Positions 15,897-25,237 of a stretch of DNA of 64,000 nt are shown here, piece after piece; the first letter of the stretch is position 1; every line of letters begins with the position of its first letter. Source of the DNA: an uncultured Candidatus Saccharibacteria bacterium. GTDB taxonomy: Bacteria; Patescibacteriota; Minisyncoccia; UBA6257; 2-01-FULL-56-20. The notes beneath the pieces are model-generated. The model was not told where the DNA came from. It searched no databases and was given only the letters and a program-made list of their open reading frames with translations. The position numbers and the translations under genes are program-made. The DNA lies in NCBI GenBank assembly GCA_964361095.1, contig CAYHZA010000004.1:2236-66235 (forward strand), read 5' to 3'.

Positions 15897-18800
15897 TTGC
15901 GCCGATTGTCATCATGGCGCGTTTCTTTTATGATGAAAAGACACATGGCTTCTAAAAAAGGTGCTCGCAGAGATTTTTTCGGCGGAGAGCTCAATCTTCC
16001 CGCGCTCGAGAATAAAGTATTGGAATTCTGGCGCGACAATGCGATTTTCGAAAAAAGTCTCGCGTTGCGCAAAGGAAAAAAACGATTCGTATTCTACGAG
16101 GGCCCTCCTACGGCGAACGGCAGGCCGGGCATTCACCACGTGCTCGCGCGCGCGTTCAAGGACATTATTCTTCGCTATAAAACGATGCAGGGATTTTTCG
16201 TGCCGAGAAAAGGCGGGTGGGATACACACGGACTTCCCGTGGAACTTGAAGTCGAAAAAAAGCTCGGCCTGAAATCTAAAAAAGATATCGAGAAATTCGG
16301 CATCGCCGAGTTTAACAGGAAATGCAGAGAATCGGTCTGGCAGTACAAGGACGATTGGGAGAAATTGACCGAGCGGATGGGATTCTGGCTTGATTTCAAG
16401 GATCCCTATATCACTTACGAAACCGATTACATCGAAACGCTCTGGTGGATCATCAAAGAAGTTGCAAAGAAAAAACTTTTATATAAAGGTCACAAAGTGC
16501 TTCCTTGGTGCACGCGGTGCGGCACGTCACTTTCCTCACACGAATTGGGCCAGCCGGGCGCGTATCGTGAAGTTGTCGACAATTCGGTATACGTAAAATT
16601 CAAATTGAAACCGAATAATGCAAGGCGTGGTGTTGTGCAGCTAGGAAGCCACGAGTTTTCAAATATTAGTATTTTGTCTTGGACAACGACTCCCTGGACA
16701 TTGCCGGGAAATGTTGCGCTTGCGGTAGGGGAAAACATTCGGTATTCGGTTCGACATACAGGAAGCGAGGCATTTATTATGGCAGAAGATTCTCCATTGG
16801 GGCGTACTTTTGTTGGCAATATTGAAGAAACTGTACGCGGGAAGGATCTTGTTGGGTTAGAATACGAACCGCTTTTTGACATTCCAACTCTTCAAAACGA
16901 AAAATCTCATCGTATTTACGCCGCCGATTTTGTAACTACCAATGAAGGTACGGGTGTGGTGCATACGGCGGTGATGTACGGGGAAGACGACTATCAATTG
17001 GGCATAAAAGTGGGATTGCCCCAGCATCATACGGTCGACGAGATTGGGAAATTTACGGGCGAGGTTTCGGGTCTTGCGGGGTTGTATGTCAAAGCAAAGG
17101 AAGCGGAGGAGAAAATTTTTAAGCACCTTGATAAAAACGGAAATCTTTTTAAAATCGAACCATACAAACACGAGTACCCTCACTGCTGGCGATGTAATAC
17201 GCCGCTTCTCTACTACGCGCGGACGTCGTGGTTTGTGGCGATGACGAAAATCCGCGCCGCGCTCTTGAAGAATAATCAGGATATTAACTGGATTCCCGAA
17301 CATATAAAAACAGGCCGGTTCGGCGAGTGGTTGAGGGACATCAAGGACTGGAACTTCTCCCGCGAGCGTTATTGGGGTACGCCGCTTCCGATTTGGGAGT
17401 GCGCGAAATGCGGCACGCACGAAACAATCGGCGGCACCGAGGAGTTACACCGGCATTTGGGAGGCGCGCGGAATGAGTACTTCGTTATGCGTCACGGACA
17501 ATCGGAGACGCAGATAAAAAAGGTTATTGATTCCGGAGAAAAGCCTTACCATTTGACGACAATCGGAAGAGATCAAGTACGGCGCACGGCGTCAAAGCTT
17601 AGGGGCAAAATCGATTTGATTATTGCTTCGGACATTTTGCGTACCAAAGAAACCGCGGGAATCGTCGCGGAGGCGCTGGGGGCGAAGAAAATTATTTTTG
17701 ATCCGCGGTTGAGGGAAATCCGTGCCGGCATTTTTGCCGGATGCCACGCGGCAGAATATCATCGAGCATTCCCGACGCATCAGTCACGTTTTGAGGGCCG
17801 TCCCGAAGGCGGGGAGTCGCTCCGCGATTTGCGCGCGCGTCTGTGGGATTTTATGCGCGACATCGAAAAAAAATATTCCGGGAAAAAGATCCTTTTAATA
17901 AGTCATGAGTATCCGATCTGGATGCTTTTCCATGCGGCGGAGGGATGGAGTGAGAAAAAGGCGATCGCGGCAAAGCACGGTACGGAAGAGGATTTTATAA
18001 ACGTTGCCGAGGTGCGGAAGCTCGGGTTTAAAGCCGGACCGCGTAACGAGCTTGGGGAGTATGATTTACATCGCCCTTATATTGATGAGGTACGTTTTTC
18101 ATGCGGTAAGTGTAAAGGAGAAATGCGCCGCGTAAAAGAGTTGGCCGATGCCTGGTTTGATTCGGGTTCAATGCCGTTTGCAGAGGAGCACTATCCTTTC
18201 GGAAAACAGAAGCTTGTTTTTCCCGCCGATTATATTTCCGAAGGGATTGATCAGACGCGGGGATGGTTCTATACGCTTCTTGCCGTTGCTACACTTTTGG
18301 GCAAGGGGACTTCCTATAAGAACGTGGTGTGTTTGGGACTCATAAACGATAAGACCGGACAGAAGATGTCGAAGTCTAAGGGAAATATCGTAGACCCATG
18401 GGCGATGGCCGAAAAGCACGGGATGGACGCGGTAAGATGGTATTTTTACACCTTGAATCCTCCCGGTGAAATGAAGAATTTTGACGAGGTGGAGATCGCG
18501 AAGACATCCCGAAGATTCCACTCGATTCTCTATAACTCTTTTGTTTTTTATGAAACATATGCGGCACCGTCGGGTAAGCCGGTTGCGCGAGAGAGCAAAA
18601 ACGTGCTTGACCGATGGATTCTCACGCGATTGAACGAAACGATTTTTGAAACAAGCAAAGCACTTGATACGTACGCGATTCGTGAGGCGGCGCTTGCGAT
18701 CGAGGCATTCACCGACGATCTTTCGCGTTGGTATATTCGTCGCTCGCGGAGGCGTCTTCAAAAACCGGAGAGTACGATTGATTATGAAAATGCTTCGCGG

Positions 18801-19526
18801 ACGCTACGGCACGTACTCCTCGAAACCGCAAAGCTCGCCGCGCCGTTTTCTCCGTTTTTTGCGGAGGCCCTCTACGCGCGTTTTGAGGGTACTTCGGTCC
18901 ATTGTGTCGATTGGCCAACGACAAGTGACAAGCGACAAGTGTCCAGCGACAAGAAGTTACTTCGGGATATGGCGGAGGTACGTCGATTCGCGAGCGTCGG
19001 TCTTGCGAAGCGCGCCGAAGCGGGGATAAAGGTGCGCCAGCCGCTGGCTTCGCTGAAAATCTCGAAACAATCTCGAACGGCTAATTCTCGAATATTCGCG
19101 AATGATTCGAGATTATATGTTCGGGATTTATTAGCGATTCTCGCGGACGAGGTGAATGTGAAAGAGATAATTTTTGACTCGAAATTAAATCTGCCAACTG
19201 GCCCTGATGGTACCGTCGGGGCCGGCGGAGAAGTTGAGTTGGATACGGCAATCACACCGGAGCTTAAAGAGGAGGGAATTCTGCGCGAACTTGTGCGCGC
19301 GGTGCAGGATTTACGTCAGGCGGCGCGTTTTCGGCCGCAGGATAAGATAATGTTTATGATCGATGTGCCCATAGGATTGCGTGACATCGTTATAAAAAAC
19401 GAGATTGTGTTCAAAAAAGAAATTGGCGCAAAGCAGATCGAGTATAAGAAATCAGAGAAGTTTGACGCGGAGATAAATACAAAAATAGATAACCAAGCCA
19501 TCTGGCTTGGGGTGCGGAAGATTTAA
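15897..19526 (+). CDS. ileS: isoleucine--tRNA ligase carrying an inserted histidine-phosphatase (PGAM-fold) domain
   Basis: PPTANGRPGIHHV (HIGH), WTTTPWTLP, KMSKSKGN, C-x-x-C zinc motifs and an IleRS anticodon-binding C-terminus. The probable true start is near 15945 (MASKK...LNLP). A ~190-aa insert between the CAKCG region and DLHRPYIDEV contains the motifs VMRHGQSETQ, SDILRTKETA and LISHEYP. Confidence 0.9.
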   Translation: MRRLSSWRVSFMMKRHMASKKGARRDFFGGELNLPALENKVLEFWRDNAIFEKSLALRKGKKRFVFYEGPPTANGRPGIHHVLARAFKDIILRYKTMQGFFVPRKGGWDTHGLPVELEVEKKLGLKSKKDIEKFGIAEFNRKCRESVWQYKDDWEKLTERMGFWLDFKDPYITYETDYIETLWWIIKEVAKKKLLYKGHKVLPWCTRCGTSLSSHELGQPGAYREVVDNSVYVKFKLKPNNARRGVVQLGSHEFSNISILSWTTTPWTLPGNVALAVGENIRYSVRHTGSEAFIMAEDSPLGRTFVGNIEETVRGKDLVGLEYEPLFDIPTLQNEKSHRIYAADFVTTNEGTGVVHTAVMYGEDDYQLGIKVGLPQHHTVDEIGKFTGEVSGLAGLYVKAKEAEEKIFKHLDKNGNLFKIEPYKHEYPHCWRCNTPLLYYARTSWFVAMTKIRAALLKNNQDINWIPEHIKTGRFGEWLRDIKDWNFSRERYWGTPLPIWECAKCGTHETIGGTEELHRHLGGARNEYFVMRHGQSETQIKKVIDSGEKPYHLTTIGRDQVRRTASKLRGKIDLIIASDILRTKETAGIVAEALGAKKIIFDPRLREIRAGIFAGCHAAEYHRAFPTHQSRFEGRPEGGESLRDLRARLWDFMRDIEKKYSGKKILLISHEYPIWMLFHAAEGWSEKKAIAAKHGTEEDFINVAEVRKLGFKAGPRNELGEYDLHRPYIDEVRFSCGKCKGEMRRVKELADAWFDSGSMPFAEEHYPFGKQKLVFPADYISEGIDQTRGWFYTLLAVATLLGKGTSYKNVVCLGLINDKTGQKMSKSKGNIVDPWAMAEKHGMDAVRWYFYTLNPPGEMKNFDEVEIAKTSRRFHSILYNSFVFYETYAAPSGKPVARESKNVLDRWILTRLNETIFETSKALDTYAIREAALAIEAFTDDLSRWYIRRSRRRLQKPESTIDYENASRTLRHVLLETAKLAAPFSPFFAEALYARFEGTSVHCVDWPTTSDKRQVSSDKKLLRDMAEVRRFASVGLAKRAEAGIKVRQPLASLKISKQSRTANSRIFANDSRLYVRDLLAILADEVNVKEIIFDSKLNLPTGPDGTVGAGGEVELDTAITPELKEEGILRELVRAVQDLRQAARFRPQDKIMFMIDVPIGLRDIVIKNEIVFKKEIGAKQIEYKKSEKFDAEINTKIDNQAIWLGVRKI

Positions 19527-19641
19527 CGAGATAAAACCCCGTTAGATCCCGAAAGCTTCAATTTCCGTACCGGAAGCAAAAGAAATGTTTCTTCGTAGCT
19601 CGACAGATGCTGTACCCCCCTGGATCTAACGGGGTAAAAAA

Positions 19642-19680
19642 ATAGCGCACGATTAATTGTGCGCTATGATATTTTTGTTT
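19642..19680. terminator. bidirectional terminator (ileS / HD-domain gene)
   Basis: TAGCGCAC-gattaatt-GTGCGCTA flanked by T-runs on both strands. Confidence 0.65.
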
Positions 19681-19703
19681 TTGGCAGTTCCTCCTCTTAT
19701 GAG

Positions 19704-20912
19704 TTACCGCGATGGGTGAACTCCTTGGTGCACGTCGTCGATCTCGGGAGCCGAGCCGCCTTTCACGAATCTTTGATCGAACTCCGTTGCTTCGGGCATG
19801 TCCTTGTCTTTCTCATTGAACGGAGCCGACGAGAAACAGTCAAATTGCGGATAGGGCTTCGTGAAGACGAAGCGATGGGCCGTGTAACGTGGGATTCGGA
19901 GTGCGACCATGGGAGCGATCTTATACTCGGCTTGCGGACCACAACGTTTTCCTTCGGAGTCGACGGAGTAGGTGAGGACGACGCCTTCGGCATCTCGGAA
20001 GAGAAACACCTCTTCTTTATTCCGGTGGTAATGGTTGCCGAGTGGCTTCTCGATGCCCGATTTTCCGTCGAAGCATTGGACCGAGCCGTTTGCAAAGTCA
20101 TACTCGTAAATGTCCCGCCGGCTGTCCGAACTCACTCGTTCGAGTCGTCCTGCTTCGATACTACTCCTTGTGACTTTCCAGTAGTAATTTCCGAGCGCTT
20201 GTCGGATGTCGTCCTCGACGCGGTTCGCGTCACCAGTTGCTTCCGCTATCTCGTTGCCGAGTTCACGGATGTAGTTCACAAAAAAGAGCAGTCGGCCGTG
20301 ATTTACGAGCGCCCGTGCCTTCTCCGAGGGCAACATCCCGTACCACTCGAGAATCCGGAAGAGATCATTGTAACAACTCCGGAGCTTTCCTTCGTCGGTT
20401 GAGGAGTAGCCGAAGGGATACTGGGGATCGTAGGGAAGCAAGTCGTTTCCGCGGAAGGCGGCTGATGCCATGATTCCCAGTGGGCCCATGCGGTCGAGCT
20501 TGTCGGCAATCCGAAGCGCCGTGAGGAGCGTCGAATCGCTTGGATCGTCATCCTTCTTGGGGTGCTGGAGTACGGCGTCAACGATGCGAATCTTTGTTTC
20601 TTCTTCAAATGGACTGTCCAAGAGAAATCCGAGACAGATTGCCCCGAGGGAGATGCCCGTCCGTTGGATGCGGGTCTTGGTTTCGGGATTTCGGTCCACG
20701 TTGTGGAGCCAGACGGCTGCCACGTACTCGTCGGAGTTGAAGTTGAGGATGGTAGCGATCTTCGGTCCCATCACTTCCATTCTCTCCACGTGGGTTACGT
20801 CATGACCTCCAAGGCACGCGGGCGGCGTGTAGCGAGGACGGAGCTGATTCTTGAGATGCGCGAGGAACGTTTGTCGTGGGGTGAGCCTTGTGTTTGAAAC
20901 TGACACTGGCAA
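19704..20912 (-). CDS. HD-domain phosphohydrolase with uncharacterised ~200-aa C-terminal region
   Basis: GGHDVTHVERM, AAVWLHNVD and RIADKLDRMG give the H...HD...H...D pattern of the HD superfamily. The gene sits in a visibly more GC-rich, CG-codon-rich patch than its neighbours. Confidence 0.6.
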   Translation of the reverse strand: MPVSVSNTRLTPRQTFLAHLKNQLRPRYTPPACLGGHDVTHVERMEVMGPKIATILNFNSDEYVAAVWLHNVDRNPETKTRIQRTGISLGAICLGFLLDSPFEEETKIRIVDAVLQHPKKDDDPSDSTLLTALRIADKLDRMGPLGIMASAAFRGNDLLPYDPQYPFGYSSTDEGKLRSCYNDLFRILEWYGMLPSEKARALVNHGRLLFFVNYIRELGNEIAEATGDANRVEDDIRQALGNYYWKVTRSSIEAGRLERVSSDSRRDIYEYDFANGSVQCFDGKSGIEKPLGNHYHRNKEEVFLFRDAEGVVLTYSVDSEGKRCGPQAEYKIAPMVALRIPRYTAHRFVFTKPYPQFDCFSSAPFNEKDKDMPEATEFDQRFVKGGSAPEIDDVHQGVHPSR

Positions 20913-21021
20913 CCTCCTCTCTTATCTTACGGTTGGTTGTCAAATTGGTAAGTGGAAACTACACCAAAAACTTTACCCATTATACATCGACAAAAGTTTT
21001 TTGTCAAATTCAACCCCAGGG

Positions 21022-22062
21022 TTAGAGCGAAATCCCGATCTTCTTTTTGATTTCGCCGATTTTTCGAGCAGCAACTTTACCGGCTTTCTTGGAGCCGGAG
21101 GTCAATATAGTTTTCAAAGCGGATGATTTTCCCGCGAGAGCTTTCTTCTTTTTGCGATAGTCGGCGAAGTGGAGGATGACGAGTTCCGCGAGATCGGTTT
21201 TGAATTCGGAGTACGTTTTTCCCGTATATTTTTTCTCGAGTTTTTGCATGTTCTCGCCGCTTATCGAAGAGTAAATTTTCAAAAGATTGCTTATCGCGGG
21301 TTTTTTCTCTTCGTCGTATTTTATTTCGTTGCCGGAGTCGGTTACGGCACGTTTGATTTTCTCGCGAACAATCTCGGGCGCGTCTTCGAGAAAGAGGCAT
21401 CCCGCGGGCATGGACTTCGACATTTTTTTAGCTGGATCGTTCAGGCTCATCACGCGGGGCGTCGCGGTATGGAGCGAGTTCGGTTCCGAAAACGTTTTTC
21501 CGAATTTCGCGTTGAATTTACGCGCAAGTGTGCGCGTGAGTTCAAGGTGTTGGTCCTGGTCGTCGCCTACAGGTACGAATTTCGCATCATAGAGAAGAAT
21601 GTCGGCGGCCATGAGGACTGGATATTCGGCCAGCCCAAAATTCGATGCCTCAACAACTTCTTCGAATTTTTCTTTTGTGATTTTTTCTCTTTCGCCTGGT
21701 TTCAGGGCTTGCAATACTTTTTCTTTGAACGCTGTCATGCGGAGTAACTCGCTTACGGGCGTAAGTGTGCTCAAAATCCACTTGAGCTCCTGGAGAGGTT
21801 CAATCTGCGATTGCTGAAATATAATTGATTTTTTTGGATCAAGTCCTATGGCTAAAAAGTCAGCTGCAAGACTTATGGTGTTCGTGGTTAAGTCTTTTGC
21901 GGTAGGATTTTCTGTAAGCGCATGCAGGTCCGCAATAAAAAAATAACACTGGTATTTGCCGGAGTTCTGCAGATCAACAAAGTTTTTTAACGCGCCCAGG
22001 TAATTTCCGATATGGAGTTTTCCTGTGGGTTGTATGCCGGAGACGAGAACGGGTTTTGCCAT
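21022..22062 (-). CDS. trpS: tryptophan--tRNA ligase
   Basis: MAKPVLVSGIQPTGKLHIGNYLGA (HIGH-type motif) and KKMSKSMP (KMSKS). Confidence 0.9.
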   Translation of the reverse strand: MAKPVLVSGIQPTGKLHIGNYLGALKNFVDLQNSGKYQCYFFIADLHALTENPTAKDLTTNTISLAADFLAIGLDPKKSIIFQQSQIEPLQELKWILSTLTPVSELLRMTAFKEKVLQALKPGEREKITKEKFEEVVEASNFGLAEYPVLMAADILLYDAKFVPVGDDQDQHLELTRTLARKFNAKFGKTFSEPNSLHTATPRVMSLNDPAKKMSKSMPAGCLFLEDAPEIVREKIKRAVTDSGNEIKYDEEKKPAISNLLKIYSSISGENMQKLEKKYTGKTYSEFKTDLAELVILHFADYRKKKKALAGKSSALKTILTSGSKKAGKVAARKIGEIKKKIGISL

Positions 22063-23831
22063 TAGATCTCGATGACGACCGATAATATCATTGGTCGCCG
22101 TCGGGTTTTATTATACAGGAATTGGCCGATTTGGTCTCGGATCAAGGTTTTTAAGTAGTCGTTTTCGGGAGATCGGTTATTCGGAAGACGCGAGAAGAGT
22201 CCCCGGACGCGTTTTCTGATGTCTTCGAGGACGCCCTGATTTTCCTTAAGGTGGATAAAACCGCGGGAGATGATGTCGGGGTTTTTAAGGAGTCCGCCTT
22301 TGTTGCGATCAATGGTCATGATGATTACCACCATTCCTTCCTTCGCGAGAGTGAGCCGATCTTGGAGGACGATTTCTTTTACGTCGCCAACGCCCAGACC
22401 GTCCACCATGACATAGAAGGCGGGAACGGTTTCTTTGGTTACCAGGAGGCTATTCGGCGTAAGTTCCGCGACTTGGCCATTATCCATCATGATGACGCTG
22501 TCGCGTTTCAGCCCTGCTTCAGCGGCAAGTTTCTGATAGCTTTTTCTTTTGAAGTAATATCCGTGGATGGGTATGATGAATTTTGGCTTCACGCGTTGGA
22601 GTACCAATTTTATATCCTCAGCGTGTACGTGTCCGCTTGCGTGAATGTCGAGAAGTTTTGAGTTGTAGATTTCGTCGACTTGGCGAGCGATATTATCTTG
22701 AAGCGATTGCACGCTTCGTTCGTTGCCCGGAACGACGGATGAAGAGAAAACGACGGTGTCGGTTTGTTTTAACCGTACGACACGGTGCTCTCCGTTTACG
22801 ATGCGCATGAGTCCCGCGTTCGCTTCTCCTTGGGCGCCGGTTGTAAGAATAATAATTTTGTCGTCTCTGTGTTTATTGATATCTTCCAGCGGAATCACAT
22901 GATCTTTCCGTTCTTTGAGATAGCCCAATGACTTCGCAATTTCGAGGTTGTCCTTCATGGAGCGTCCGTTGACGGCTATTTTTCGTCCGAGTCGGTCGGC
23001 GATTTTAATAATTTCAAGAAGCCGGTCAACAAGCGATGCGAACGTCGCGATAATAATGCGACCCTTCGCATTTTTGATGAGCATTTCGAGATTTGCCTCG
23101 ACAGTTTCTTCTGATGGTACGTGACCCGCGATATCCGCGTTCGTGCTGTCCATAAACGCCGTGTGAATTCCTTTTTTACCGACGCGATCGAAGATTTCGA
23201 GATGTTGAGGCACTCCTTCTTTTGTGTAATCTATGCGGAAGTCTCCGAAGCTCGCCATGTTGCCCGCGGGCGTTTCAAGGAGAAATCCATACGCCTGAGG
23301 AATAGTGTGTTCCACTACGAAAAATTCCGCCGTGAAATTTTCCGAAATCTTCACGCGATCGCCGTCTTTTACGGTTATAAATTTAAGCTTAGGCGCGTTG
23401 GTGAACTCGGCATGCCGTTTTTCCACGATGGCCCGAGTGAATTCCGACGTGTATATAATCGGATTTCCCAGTTTTTCGATAAGATAATGAATGGCGGCGA
23501 TGTGATCGTAATGGCCGTGCGTCAAGATGATCGCTTGGATATTCTTTTTCTTTGCTTCAAGATAGGTGACGTTCGGAATAATATAGTCAACGCCGGGCGT
23601 CGACTCTTCGGGGAATTGAATGCCGACATCAACAATAACGATTTCGTTTTTGTATTCGAAAAACGAGCAATTGCGGCCGATTTCTTCAAGACCCCCTAAG
23701 GGAATAAAGCGGACGGCGTTTTCCGATCCGGTCGGTCCTACCGGGCGCGTTGTTTTTCGGACACGAGAATCCATATCGGGTGTTCGATGTGTTTTTGGCA
23801 TTTCATGCCGTGTGAATGTTTTTTTTATCAT
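22062..23831 (-). CDS. rnj: ribonuclease J (metallo-beta-lactamase RNase)
   Basis: ILTHGHYDHIAAIHYL (HxHxDH), a beta-CASP region and an RNase J C-terminal domain at 589 aa. Confidence 0.9.
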   Translation of the reverse strand: MIKKTFTRHEMPKTHRTPDMDSRVRKTTRPVGPTGSENAVRFIPLGGLEEIGRNCSFFEYKNEIVIVDVGIQFPEESTPGVDYIIPNVTYLEAKKKNIQAIILTHGHYDHIAAIHYLIEKLGNPIIYTSEFTRAIVEKRHAEFTNAPKLKFITVKDGDRVKISENFTAEFFVVEHTIPQAYGFLLETPAGNMASFGDFRIDYTKEGVPQHLEIFDRVGKKGIHTAFMDSTNADIAGHVPSEETVEANLEMLIKNAKGRIIIATFASLVDRLLEIIKIADRLGRKIAVNGRSMKDNLEIAKSLGYLKERKDHVIPLEDINKHRDDKIIILTTGAQGEANAGLMRIVNGEHRVVRLKQTDTVVFSSSVVPGNERSVQSLQDNIARQVDEIYNSKLLDIHASGHVHAEDIKLVLQRVKPKFIIPIHGYYFKRKSYQKLAAEAGLKRDSVIMMDNGQVAELTPNSLLVTKETVPAFYVMVDGLGVGDVKEIVLQDRLTLAKEGMVVIIMTIDRNKGGLLKNPDIISRGFIHLKENQGVLEDIRKRVRGLFSRLPNNRSPENDYLKTLIRDQIGQFLYNKTRRRPMILSVVIEI

Positions 23832-23949
23832 AGAGTATATTGTGCTTATTTTTTTGACGTTTTTATGTATGGTTTTTTACTTGGTGCTGAGGAGGAGAAT
23901 TTCACTACTCGCTTCGCTGCGTTTTAAAACCCATCGGTTTTAATATTTC

Positions 23950-24013
23950 CCTGCCTGACGGCCGGCAGGCGCCACGGGGAAACTCCCGTTTCCCCTGCCG
24001 GCCGTCAGGCAGG
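23950..24013. repeat. 64-bp GC-rich perfect palindrome (20-bp arms around a 24-nt spacer that itself forms a hairpin)
   Basis: CCTGCCTGACGGCCGGCAGG-cgccacggggaaactcccgtttcc-CCTGCCGGCCGTCAGGCAGG. Confidence 0.7.
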
Positions 24014-24104
24014 CCGGCCCCTTTCCCAGTTCAAATCTTCCCACGAGGTGTAGTAGTTTTATTGTTTTTCTTTTGATGTTTTTTCATCGTCATAAGTCTG
24101 TATA

Positions 24105-24191
24105 TGGTGCCGAGGGGGAGATTTGAACTCCCACGCTCTTGCGAGCACAGCGCTCTGAACGCTGCGTGTCTGCCGGTTTCACCACCTCGGC
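24105..24191 (-). tRNA. tRNA-Leu (anticodon CAG), CCA encoded
   Basis: Minus-strand sequence GCCGAGGTGGTGAAACCGGCAGACACGCAGCGTTCAGAGCGCTGTGCTCGCAAGAGCGTGGGAGTTCAAATCTCCCCCTCGGCACCA. It has a 7-bp acceptor stem, anticodon loop UUCAGAG, a long variable arm and a GTTCAAATC T-loop. Confidence 0.85.
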
Positions 24192-24250
24192 CTTTATATG
24201 GGTCATGTTCTCGAAAGATCGGCGCAAAGATTTTTTACAAATATTTTCGC

Positions 24251-25237
24251 CTATCCCGCTTTCTTCATTAAGCTTTTCAGCGTGTCGATGATCTTCGTTT
24301 CTTTAGGATCAACGCTGTTGTAGCGGGCGAGAAAATACGTGGTCCAGTCGGCAAGCATGGTCATTTCCCAAATGTTTTCGAGGCGGCTTTGTCCGGTAAG
24401 TTTTATATTAAAAGTTTTTACGCCTTGTTTTTTTGCGAGTGCTTCCGTGATGCTGAATTTTTTTTGAAGTCGTGGGTGGCGCGTGTCGTGTATAAAAAGC
24501 GCGGCGGCAGGATAGGTTAACTTATCGAAGCTTACAATTTCGTTGTGATTCATTTCCGGCAAGACATTCGCGAATGCGAGCATCTTTGCGGTTTCGTTGC
24601 ATTTTATTTTCCAAATATAGCCTGCTACTCCGTATTCTTGATCGGTGTAAATGAGAATGACTCGTTTTTGGAGTTGGTCCGCAAGCGCTTTGCCTTTTGT
24701 TTTATAGTGTTGTGGGTTGAGATGCGTAAATGATTTCGATTGGAGAATGTGTCCTGAAGAACGGAGAATTTTAATTAAGCTATAGAACATACTACCAGCT
24801 GATTGACGTGGTGTCAAGGTGTCGGGTCGGAAAGTCACTAACGGTACGTGATGTTGCCGGGCAAGTTTTTCGAGTTCTCCTCCTGTCGCAATTGCCGCAA
24901 TGCGCCGGTTCGGATCCTTCTTTTTAAAAATAGTTTTAAAGCCTGAGAGGGTTTCTTCGGTATTACCCGAAAAAGAACAAAATATGAAAAGTGTCCTTTC
25001 GATTTTTATAGGAGAAGGGGGTAGGCCATAGTCTTTCCATACTTCGATTTTCGCCCGAAGATTAAGCTCCTGCGCGGTTGTGGAGATCACGTCGCCGGCG
25101 ATGCCCGATCCTCCCATGCCGATAATCACAATACGCGCCGGTTTGAAGCGCGCGAGACGGTCGAGATCGAATCCCGAAAGCCCCTCCTCGTTTAGTTGGG
25201 TATTGAACGCTTTAATATTCTTTTCGTAATCGTCCAT
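24251..25237 (-). CDS. bifunctional phosphoglucose/phosphomannose isomerase (SIS domain)
   Basis: IVIIGMGGSGIAGD plus SIS-domain architecture. The start was chosen at the internal Met that overlaps the upstream stop. Confidence 0.75.
   Translation of the reverse strand: MDDYEKNIKAFNTQLNEEGLSGFDLDRLARFKPARIVIIGMGGSGIAGDVISTTAQELNLRAKIEVWKDYGLPPSPIKIERTLFIFCSFSGNTEETLSGFKTIFKKKDPNRRIAAIATGGELEKLARQHHVPLVTFRPDTLTPRQSAGSMFYSLIKILRSSGHILQSKSFTHLNPQHYKTKGKALADQLQKRVILIYTDQEYGVAGYIWKIKCNETAKMLAFANVLPEMNHNEIVSFDKLTYPAAALFIHDTRHPRLQKKFSITEALAKKQGVKTFNIKLTGQSRLENIWEMTMLADWTTYFLARYNSVDPKETKIIDTLKSLMKKAG

Noticed and set aside
16857-18761. Several 60-200-aa minus-strand ORFs inside ileS
   Set aside because: They are shadow ORFs within a gene that has unambiguous HIGH/KMSKS motifs.
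19659-20402. 247-aa plus-strand ORF in the GC-rich patch
   Set aside because: It is antisense to the HD-domain ORF, which carries a recognisable HD motif set. High GC inflates spurious ORFs here.
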